Source: Haliotis cracherodii
Lineage: Eukaryota
DNA length: 64,000 nt
NCBI RefSeq assembly: GCF_022045235.1
Contig: NW_027266275.1
Location: 56,916,001-56,980,000, forward strand
Direction of reading: 5' to 3'
This document shows positions 24,501-36,500 of this stretch, piece after piece. The first letter of the stretch is position 1; every line of letters starts with the position of its first letter. Below the pieces are notes generated by a model. It did no database searches, was not told the DNA's origin, and saw only the letters and a program-made list of their open reading frames with translations. Position numbers and translations under genes: made by a program.

Positions 24501-27500
24501 TTTTATTTGTTATTAATTGCCCGGTGAATTAAAGAATTTAAATTGAAACAATTCATAATTCATCATATTATGAATACGTAACAACTTGTAATGTGTGTGA
24601 AAAGTCGTACTAAAATACGCTATTTAAAGGGGGCATGGCCTAAATGCAAATGTCCGATTGGGATTTTAAATTTTCCGGACCCCTGTCTGTACCTCTAACA
24701 GTACTTGGACTGCTTATGTCCCTTCCTGTATATGTAAGTACAACATGTATTGCAGTCATATTCTTCTATACCTCTAGCAGTACTTGGACTGCTAATGTCC
24801 CTTCCTGTATACGTAAGTACAACATGTATTGCAGTCATACTCTTCTGTACCTCTGCTTCTGTTCCTTCCTGTATTCGTAAGTACTACATGTATTGCAATC
24901 ACACTCTTCTGTACCTCCAGCAGTACTTGGACTGCTTCTGTTCCTTCCTGTATACGTAAGTACAACATGTATTGCAGTCATACTCTTCTGTACCTCTAGC
25001 AGTACTTGGACTGCTAATGTCCCTTCCTGTATACTTAAGTACAACTTAAAATGCAGTCATACTCTTCTGTACCTCTGCTTCTGTTCCTTCCTGTATTCGT
25101 AAGTACAACATGTATTGCAGTCATACTCTTCTGTACCTCCAGCAGTACTTGGACTGCTTATGTGTCTTGCTGTATACGTAAGCACAACATGCATTGCAGT
25201 CATACTCTTCTGTACCTCTAGCAGTACTTGGACTGCTTATGTCCCTTCCTGTATATGTAAGTACAACATGTATTGCAGTCATATTCTTCTATACCTCTAG
25301 CAGTACTTGGACTGCTAATGTCCCTTCCTGTATACGTAAGTACAACATGTATTGCAGTCATACTCTTCTGTACCTCAAGCAGTACTTGGACTGCTAATGT
25401 CCCTTCCTGTATACGTAAATACAACATGTATTGCAGTCATACTCTTCTGTACCTCCAGCAGTACTTAGACTGCTTCTGTTCCTTCCTGTATACTTAAGTA
25501 CAACTTAAAATGCAGTCAGAATCTTCTGTACCTCCAGCAGTACTTTGACTGATTATGTCCCTTCCTGTATACGAAAGTACAACTTAAAATGCAGTCATGC
25601 TCTTCTGTACCTCTGCTTCTGTTCCTTCCTGTATACGTAAATAAAACATGTATTGCAGTCATACTCTTCTGTACCTCAAGCAGTACTTGGTCTGATTATG
25701 TCCCTTCCTGTATACGTAAGCACAACATGTATTGCAGTCATACTCTTCTGTACCTCTAGCAGTACTTGGACTGCTTATGTCCCTTCCTTTTTGTTTGTTT
25801 GCTGACTTGGTTGATGTATGTCATCATATCCCAATTGTGTAAATCAATGCTCATGATGTCAGTCACTGGATTGTCTGTTCCAGACTTGATAACATTCAGA
25901 CCACCATCACATAGCTGGAATATTGCTGAATGAGATGTTAAACAACAAACAAAAAACCTGTAAGCAAGTTCTGCTTGTTTACCGATCCAGATTTCTTTTT
26001 AAATAGAAATATGTTGAAACCATATATGTTTAGAAAAGTATAAAGTGTTTCTACTTAGTTTATAATAGGATGCATATTTTATTTTAATTTCAGTAAACTA
26101 TGTGTGTAACGAACTGACATATATATAACAAACTATTTTTTGGCCTCACGCTGCTGTTCAAAGTGCCAAACACTAGAAGGCAAGTAATAAACAGGATTAA
26201 GTAATGATACCTTGTTCTCGATTTACACCCTCAATTGACAAGAAGACAAAGATTTTACCATAGAAATTCAAAAATACTTTTGAAAAAAATCCAAACTATC
26301 AAAAGGCACCAGTTCACCTCCAGATCTATCTATGTGCCAAGTTTGTTTAAGAAACATAATACAGTTTTCAATAACTGCTCCGGAAACAAGCACTACCGCT
26401 ATTTTCCTTCCATGTCAAAGTTAATGCAATTGAAACTCAAAAATTCATTTTTGTAAAAATCCCAAACTATCAGAAGGCACCAGTTCACCACTAAACATTT
26501 TCAGTCAAAATATAAATTAATGGAAATTGAAACTCGAAAACATTATTTTTTTAAATCCCAAACTATCAAAAGGCACCAGTTCACCACCATAGACTTATCT
26601 ATGGAAGTTTGGTGAAGACATATTGTATGTTTTTCAAAATCTGCTCCGGGAACGACATCTTGCATGGACGGATGGTGTCCATTTAACTACCACCAATTTT
26701 CAACATTATTGTACAAATTTCAAATGATCCTTGTGTTTTAAATACTTATTGATGAGGAGTTCATGCCTTGTAGTCATTGTCCATGTGTTTATGTCTTGTG
26801 TTTTGTTCTCCAGCACTGAATTGTCCAATACCCCGCATCAGTCATGGAAGGTTGACCAACACACAGGAGGCCTTCTTTGGAGTCCTCCGCCAAGTCACTT
26901 GTGACAACGGCTACAGGCTGAACACCTCCAGCAGCCAGGTCACATGTGGTGCTGACCAAATGTTTACAAACCTGGATACCATGGCGTGTGAAGGTGAGTG
27001 AATGTGTTACTGAGAAGAGGGCAAGTGAGTACATATTTATGACACTTATTTAACAGCATCTGCCCTCATGATGAACTTGTACCATCCAGTGGAACTAATT
27101 TTACTGTTTCCTGAATGTACAATCCATTAGGTTTCCCACTAGGTGCCATGTGATTGCAATTGTCGGTGAAATTGGATGTGACAACTTGTCCAGTCAAATG
27201 AAATGGCAGTCGATTTGACATAGGTTTAACTTTTATTACCTACGCTGGCAAACATACTGAGGTTCATAAAAATCATATGTGCCCTTCGGTAATACCACGT
27301 CATGACACAACAGTGTATTGTTTCCATCATCTGAACGGTATTGTTGACGTCATTCGAATCTTATTGTGACGTCAGTTTGGAATGACATCACACTAGAAAC
27401 AAAATCGGAGCTGAAGATTGTTGACGTCATTCAACAAATTGTGGTTCAGCTGCTGTTGCGACTTGTTATCCTTATATGTAAACACTATAATTCGTCTCTG

Positions 27501-30500
27501 TATATGGACATCTTCTTTGGTAATATATAGAACATTATATTCAAGTTCATGTCATCCTATGTTTACGACACTAATGCCTAAGTTCTGGTATTTTGACACT
27601 CTTGTCATTATGACATGAACATGAATATAATATCCTTTATTTATTCCCATGTTATCAGAATTGATACCAATATAATGACTGTTTATGATGATGCTTGCCA
27701 GTATCATTTCAATTTGTTTGTTTGTTGTTTTATGTCTCAGTCATCAATATTCCAGCTATATGAGGGTCTGTAAATCATTAAGTCTTGCCTCGACAAAGCA
27801 CTGATTGATATTATGATCAACAACCCTTGCGTCAGGGTACAATAACATGGAATTGTTGACAGGAAAAGTTTACTTAGGAGTTGCTCCAACATGGAATCCC
27901 TGGGGCAGAATCAATTTGAAAAAAAAGATTTCAAAATATAAAAGAAAGACATGGTTTGGGTTGTTAAAATATTTCTCATTTTGAGTCTGCAAACTGTTTC
28001 GTAATGTCATTCCTTCAGTAGCATCTTAAGTGACAGTAACATAAAGTGAAAAAGTGACTTTTAGCAATGTTGCATGTGAAAGAGAAATGAATATGAAGAA
28101 TATGACCATCCTAATGTACCCATGTGGAAATTAAACCTGGCCCACAAGGCTACCCACGTGACATGTGACACATGCTCTGACCTATATTTACCAGGTATCC
28201 AATGCATGGACCCCCCACCACTGGACAATGGCTACATCCTGAACAACCGCCAGTACTACCGATTTGAAGATAGAATCATCATGTCCTGTAACATTGGGTT
28301 CAGCTTGATTGGTCAGTCCCTTCGCATCTGCCAAGCCAATGGACGATGGAATGGGACAGCACCCACCTGTAGTCGTAAGTTTAAAACTAGCCAACAGTCA
28401 TACCCTGACTGTGATGTTCAAAACTGCCAGTAATTAATCTTTCATAACTTCTTTCTGCTTGCATTACCAATATAATGACTGTTTATGATGATGCTTGCCA
28501 GAATCATTTCAGTTTGTTTGTTTGTTGTTTTATGCCTCAGTTATCAATATTTCAGCTATATGAGGGCCTGTAAATCATTAAGTCTTGCCTCGACAAAGCA
28601 GTGATTGATATAATAATCAACAACCCATGCGTCAGGGTACAATGACATGGAATTGTCAACAGGAAAAGTTTACTTAGGAGTTGCTTCAACATGGAATCCC
28701 TGGGGCAGAATCAATTAAAAAAGAAATATGTTTTACCTGACCTGATGCTACACAGTGCTTTATCTTCCTTACCTTATACAAACAGACAGTAATGGAACGA
28801 AGAGACAGTTTAAGCAGACTAGGCATCCACGAGTTATCCCCCTTGGCCCCTTATCCTCATGTTTTACCTCACCTGAGGCTACACAGTGCTTTAGCCTCCC
28901 TACCTTATACAAACAGACAGTACTGGAACAAAGAGACAGGTTTAAACAGACTACAGCCCGTGCCCAGGCATCCATGAATTATCCCCCTTGGCCCCTACTC
29001 CTCATATATTCTTCTCTGTCTGCCTGACGTGTACAGAACAAAAGTGTTACTTACCTTGTGATATTGTCTCCAACATTCGTTTTCAGGTGGTGTTACACCC
29101 ATATATCCTTTCCAGCTGGATAATATCCGCTCGTTTGCGGCTTACAGCTTGTCAATTCGATTTTTTTTTACCTTTTTGCTATAGTTTTCGTAAACTATTG
29201 ATGTATCTCTCATTTATTCTGTGGTTTATGACTTTCTATTGACATAATTCCTATTAATTTAGGCGTATTATGTTTTACAATTGCTCCCAGTCGCGCTTCA
29301 CACTGTGTTGCAAACTTGTGTGTTTGTTCCCATACTGTCCACTAACGTGTTTTGCTACATATGTGCTTCTGCTAGTTTCACTTATGCTCTGTTTACATAT
29401 TTTGTAGAATGCATTCTATGCGTTGTGCTTTATGTAAAAGGCCCAAGTCGGGTAAAGATCCTCATCAGCTTTGCCCCTACTGCAAGCCTGCGTGCTCGTT
29501 TGATCATCGCTGCTCTGTTTGTGCGCTCTTGTCAATAACAGACTTTATTTTATGAATCCTACACCGATTCGTGCCTTTTGGGAACAACTACTTCAGCATC
29601 GTCCAGAAGACCTGCTTTTGACCCCCGTCAGCTCGGATCTTGCTTTTTGCCTGCCTGTGGACGGGTCATCATTCTCGCACCTCGTCCGATACTTCGTCCT
29701 GCCGTGCTTCTGGTCTCTGATCTCATACTCTTGATGATTCCACTGCTGCCTCCTCTAAGGTCAGGCGCTTTCAGCAGCTATCGCAGGGACAGTGTCGCCA
29801 GTTGTTTCCCAGCCGGTGCCTGACCATCGCCTCGTTTCATCGAATCCTCGTCTGCTATTGTCTAGCCGTCGCCAGCTTTCGTAGAGTCTTCGCCAGGCCG
29901 TCACCAGAGCTTGCTAGACCGTCGTTAGTGATCACTGGATTGCCAATTTTCGATAGACTGTCGCCAGCGCTCGCTGGTTCGTCAGCCATTGCCAAACCAT
30001 CGCCAGCGCTCACTGGATCACCACCTATCACCAGGCTGTCACCAGCGTTCGCCGGATAGCCAGCTATCGCCGGGCCGTCGCCAGCTATCGCTGGAATTTT
30101 GCCACTCATGTAGGTCACCGTTCAGTCGCCAGGACACCTTTTTGTCTCGCCGACCATCGCCTACTCAACATGCTTTGTTTTCTGGCGTCCCGGCACAGGG
30201 CGCCAGACGTCTGGAGTCCTCCATTCCATCACTTTACCACCTTTCGGATGATCAACAATATTTTGTCCCAGACGACAACGAAGCATCACCAGCCATGTCT
30301 TTCACTCATGCCGATATGCCAGCATGGCTGGTAGATCATCTCCCATGTGTTTCACTTGGTCAGGGCGCCTCCCCCCAGGTGGAGCACAAAGTTTTTGAGT
30401 CAGGCGAAGTTCTTCTTCCAGTTGGTGGCTGATGTTGCCGGGTCCTTAGACACGGCTTTTACAACACTACCGGTCCAGTCTTCAATCCTTGTACCGAAAT

Positions 30501-33500
30501 TCCGGAAAAAACACTATCCTTTCCACTTCATGGACTTCGCCAACGTTTCTCCTCTCGGTACTTGATTGGCAACAGAGCCAACTGGTACACATGTCGACTT
30601 CCATTCAGTTCTGTCTTGGTTCTTTCACCATCGCTAGATGTTCGACTCTACTCAAGCACTCCTCCTGGGACCTGTCCTTCAAGACGCAACTGATGCGCCA
30701 ACCCTGGTCTAGGTGGACGCTCTTCAACGGCCAGATCCCAACTGATGCTAAGGAGGCCCAGAGTTGGGACGCTCATCAGCAACAGTTCCAACTCCTTAAC
30801 AACATGGACCGTCTCATTTCTTCCCAATTATCTCAGCAGCGGAAATCGTATGTCGGGCGGAGGACCAGTTTGAAGCGGAAATCCTCTTCTTTTTGGCCCA
30901 ACTGACAGTCCCCTAGCAAAGATCGGTCCTCCAAGCCTCCTCGTGGATGCTTTTCCGGCTGGGACCGGCGATGTAGTGACTTTCTTCAGAAGTTCGACAA
31001 CTGGCATCTCCCTCTGCCAGTTGTCCCTGTTCATCAGTCTCCAGGAGGGAGACTTCAAACCTACTGGAGGAATTGGCAGCTGCTCCAGGATCCGTTCGTT
31101 ACCCAGATCCTCCGTCACGGTTAGCGCCTGCAGTTCCGTGCCGTTCCTCCTCTGACTACTACTCCCTTTGAACCTCCCTATCAGCCTCGCGATGTGCCGG
31201 ATCTTCAGGCCAATATCGATCTACTGATCTCCAAGAATGCAGTGGATCTCCTGGACACCGATTCCATCACTCCAGGGTTTTATTCTCCAATCTTCCTGGT
31301 GCCCAAGAAGGGTTCATCCAAACTTAGAATGATCCACAATCTGGTGCTATTCAACCTCCATTATCTCACGCCTCCGCCACATTTCCAGCTGAACTCTATC
31401 TGGTCTCTGTGCCACCTCCTTCAACCGATGGACTACCTCATCAGTCTGGAACTCCAGGATGCCTACTTGCATGTTCCCGCTTCATCTTCTGGGAAAGTGC
31501 TCCCATTTGGCATTTCCACGGCTCCGTGGTTATTCACATGTATAACCCATCCCATCGTGGCGTTCCTTCACCGCAGGGGAATTCGGTTCGAAGCCTACCT
31601 CGACGACTGCATCCTCGGCCATGGAGTCAATCACACTTTGATTCTTCAGCGTGATTTCACCCTTGCTTTTACCCTCTGTCAAGCAATTGTTCTCTCTACC
31701 ATCAGACCTCCATTCTGTTCTGAGAGAGCTTGACCTACATCTTATCCCCTTGCCTATCGTTCCAGAAGCCGCTACCTTGCTGTCACCTGCTGGGTTTCCT
31801 GTCGGACGGTTTAGTTGTTCTTCTTCAGGGTGCCTGGCGCTTCTCACGGTCAGCCCGCCTTCCATCAGTCGAATAAAGCACTGTGTAGCGTCAGGTAAGG
31901 TAAAACGTGAGCATTTCTGATTAAATGCAATGTTTTATACCTACCTGACACTATACCTATAGGCCCACCCGGACTCCGTCCTCCTCCTCCGCTTTACCGT
32001 TGGCGCCACTGTTTACTCTACGTCTGATGTGATCCTGTGAAAAATATGAGGAGTAGGGGCCAATGGGGATAACTCGTGGATGCCTAGACTGTAGTCAGCT
32101 TAAACTGTTTCTTCGTTCCAGTACTGTCTGTTTGTATAAGGGAGGGAAGCTAAAGCACTGTGTAGCATCAGGTAAGTATAAAAACATTGCATTTAATCAG
32201 AAATGCTCATTTTTTATGACTCCAAGTTAGATTGTATTCTTTTGCATACTCATAAATGATGCGGTTATGAAGGATATGGTTTTAACAAATGTTAGTGTAC
32301 TATAAACTTATCCTGCTGATTCACGAATACTTGTCGGATTGGAAAAGGCTGAAGTTAATCTGTTGTGAAAATCGTTTTTGACTCTTGTCTTCATCTCAAA
32401 ATTGTATCCTGAACTGATTTATTACGATTTGTATTCATGCAGCCAAAATTAAGTAATTTTGATCATATTCATCAAGTCGTCAATATTGCAGTCTTGAAAA
32501 TATGGTGATATGTGAGGTATATTCATCTAAACTCTCACGTTTTCAGATATCGATGAATGTCATGGACTATGTGACCAGGACTGCATGAATACAGATGGTT
32601 CTTACAAATGTTCCTGTCGGCCCGGCTACACTCTCATTGCTAATGGACGCACCTGTGAAGGTAAGTGTAGAAGTTGGTGATTTTTATCGACACGATTCAT
32701 GTCACAATGAAAGATTTCAAGGTAATGTGTGATGTATGATTATGCGTTATCATTAGATATTATTCAGTGGTCAGATTGGATTTGATCACTATCGTGATTA
32801 AAGTGACAATAACAACAATAACTCTCCCTGATGACAATTACAGTAACACTGAGTATGTTCTTTATGATAATAGTAACAGTGATGATGATATTAAAGATGA
32901 CAGTATCAATGATAATTCTAATGACAATAACAGTGATCATAATCTACGTGATGACAGCATCAATGGTTATTATGACGTTATAATGATAGTGATCTTCATG
33001 ATGACAAAGATAGTAATAATGCTATTAATGATGACAATATTAGTGAGCATAAATTTCATGATGATAATATCAACGATATAAATATTTATTATGACATCAC
33101 AGCGATAGTGATCATGGCTTCATGATGACAGTGGTAGTAGTAATGATATTAATGACACTAACAGTGATAATCATTTTGATGATGATATTAATGGAGATAA
33201 TCATCCTTATGATGATAGTAATGGAGATAATCATCTTTATGATGACCATGAGGTGAGGAGTGACAACAAATATGATGAAGACAACAGTGGTTATTGCTGA
33301 TTATTATGATCTGTTCCAGATATTAATGAATGTAATGCTGACAATGGTGGTTGTAGCCAAGAGTGTGTGAATGAGGTGGGAAGCTACAAGTGTCAGTGTA
33401 GCTCAGGCTATCAACTCTTCTCCATGGATGGCCAGCTCAACTACACCCTCGCCAACAATGAGGATGGCACCATGGCAGGCGACATTTACAGATTCAACCA

Positions 33501-36500
33501 TACATGTGTCCGTAAGTAGAACCATTGCAATCAATTTTATTAATGTATAGGAACAAGGAACTAAAGCATAATGATTTATGTTTAGTCATAATTGAAATAT
33601 TAACTGTTATTGTGTTTCTTTTGTCTAAAGTCTGTATCAGAATATGACCATCCTATTGTACGCATGTGGAAATCAAACCTGGCCCTCAAGGCTACCCATA
33701 GGACATGTGACACATGCTCTGACCTATATTTACCAGGTATCCAATGCATGGACCCCCTACCACTGGACAATGGCTACATCCTGAACAACCGCAAGTACTA
33801 CCGATTTGAAGATAGAATCATCATGTCCTGTAACATTGGGTTCAACTTGATTGGTCAGTCCCTTCGCATCTGCCAAGCCAATGGACGATGGAATGGGACA
33901 GCACCCACCTGTAGTCGTAAGTTTAAAACTAGCCAACAGTCATACCCTGACTGTGATGTTCAAAACTGCCAGTTTGAATCTTTCATAACTTCTTTCTGTT
34001 TGCATTGAATTATAAAGTAAAATAATTAGTATATATTACTTATGACAGAGAAAAACATATACAGTTTATTTCATTTGACAAAAGATGAAAAATTAGTATT
34101 CGTGATCGGTTCTGTTTTCTTGATATAATCTTTTATGTACTACTGCCTTGTCTGTGTCCCTGATGCGGAATCCTGGTTGGAACTGGTACTCAACAACCTA
34201 TGCATTCCTGGCAAGTTGGTGACGACTTGTGTGAGATGTTGCTTATTAAATTAATCTATGACTTTTTGGTCCAGACTCGAAAATTATTTTATAGGGTACC
34301 GTGCTATAGCTAAAATATTGCTGACCCTGCATTTAAAAACAAACAATAACGCTACTAACCTCCCTGTTTTATTGCTACTTTCAACAGTGTGATATTATTA
34401 CTAAAATTGTTTCAATATCACCTTCAGCCGCCATATGTCCTCCTTTGAGTATCCCGGGCAACCTGAAGACCACTCCTAGTGTGACTCCATCTGGTAGTGT
34501 AGACTACCTGGGCAATGTCAATATTTCTTGTAATGTACCTGGCCGAGGATCTTTCCTTAAACAACGTCAGTGTCTGTTGGACCCCGACACTAAACAGTAC
34601 AAGCTGTTCGGTGCACAGTTAGAGTGTGGAGGTGAGTGACACATTGGGATAGATTCAAATATATTAAAGAGGGAATATGCTGTACTATCTGCTACGCTAC
34701 TAACCTTTGTAATAATTGTACCTTGTGTAAAGCTAAGATATTAATTACATATTTTTATATGATTATATATTTGAGGTAATAATTAATTGCTGTTTGATCT
34801 ACATAACAGTTGAGTTAGCAGACAAATAAGTATGTTTTGAATGACTGCAATTTACCTTATATGGACCAGGCAAGTGTTCATGAAGGCCAAGAAACTGTGG
34901 TTCTTGATTTGCATAATTTAGACTTATCCACTCGTAGACTTGATGTTCCATACTGTTCATGGATTGAACTAATCACAATTACAAAGTTCTAATACACATT
35001 GCTCTGTATCTCATTGCATCATCCATTTTTATAACGTGCATTTTACTACATTTGTTAAAGGGACATAACTCTTTCTTGCATACCACTAAATATTGAAAGA
35101 TCTATTTTAATACCAATATGGTCCCACGCAAATATAAATCAGCAATTAAATCTACCAACATAACGACCCACCCAAATTAGTATCACTAATTTACAAAATT
35201 GAACAGCGTAGTATAGGTTTGCATTAAACATGTTGATCAAAGTGAAAAATGTTCAACATTCTGTTTGGAATAGAGGGCGTAAAATACACACCTACAAACT
35301 AATTAAGCACCACCCAAATTTTCATGTATTACCCAATTTACTTGCAACCAAGAGGAAAATGCATTCAAGATAACCATATCCAAAAAATGGCTTCAAAAAA
35401 CATCTCAGCCCAACACATCCCAATTATCTCTATGGTCACCACCTTACACATTAGGTCATGCAGCACTGCAATCCCGTGCAACCAGACTGTGCGACCTGAT
35501 CACGATCACCAGACATTCCCTGCACCCTCATTCTCTTTTCTCTTTGCTCTGGTGTGAGGACATTCTATTACACAAGGGAATATATATTTATTGTTTTTGT
35601 GAGATTACTCCTGTCTCCATGCTAACAACTGCTACAGACATTTCCATTTGGGTTATGGAGCCATTACGCCTGTCTTGCAGAAAATGCAAACATATCTACT
35701 TTGCTTTTGACCCACAGTTTGTTGCGACTGCTGCAGATTATACTCTCTCTCACTGACTGAAGTCAGTAATGTCGCCATGTTAAGACATTTCATGGTTTAT
35801 CACCGGAAATGCCTGAAACGCACTCTGACCGACACTCCAACGCGCCACTGAAGGAAAGTTAATCATTGCCCGTCCTCTGCCAAGAAAAGCAAATGGATGG
35901 TTATCTCCAATGTCAAAAAGCCTGCTTAAGTGTCCTTCAAATCTACTTTGTATACTGTCATTACTTTGTCAATTAAGGAAGACATGCTATCTGATTCCAT
36001 TCTGACCGACAATCTTCCCGCCAATACTACAACCACGCCCAGTGCACGTGGGGACTCTGATTTTTCTACTACTATCGTCCCGTCATCGACTGTCCAGTCT
36101 ACCCACTCCTCTCCCCTGATTTCGACAGTATGGGTTAGTTTCCCCAGCAAAAGTTACTCCAAGACCTTTAGCAGAAAGTCGTCTCTCCTCTCCTGTGACT
36201 GACTCTGGAGATTGCTGCTCCATGTTAGTGATGATGACATATGTATCTTCCTACCTTCAGCAGAGCTTCCTTCTTTACCTTCACAGGATGGCAAGCATAG
36301 TGACTTGCCTGCCATCCCTCCTCCCAAGATGACCATCTTCATGGATCAACAGATCAACACCCATCGATGAATTGACATGATAATCATTCTTAACTGGATC
36401 AGCACAATCACCATACTTTCATCAACAAGATTGATGACCATAGAGGCATCGACACATCTCGATGGATCATCATACATGCATGATGTTAATACTCGATGGA

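Noticed and set aside
23204-25497. Repeated short ORFs containing [15 protein letters not shown]
   Set aside because: Translations of the 79-bp array, not separate genes.
27270-27640. Possible Crypton-like or other non-autonomous DNA elements (also about 7900-8450, 8570-8890, 46380-46603)
   Set aside because: They look repeat-like, but I could not define matching ends or TSDs.
32767-33081. 104-aa Asp/Asn-rich ORF resembling an acidic shell-matrix protein
   Set aside because: Lies in a trinucleotide low-complexity intron tract, has no ATG start, and the flanking EGF exons splice directly in phase.
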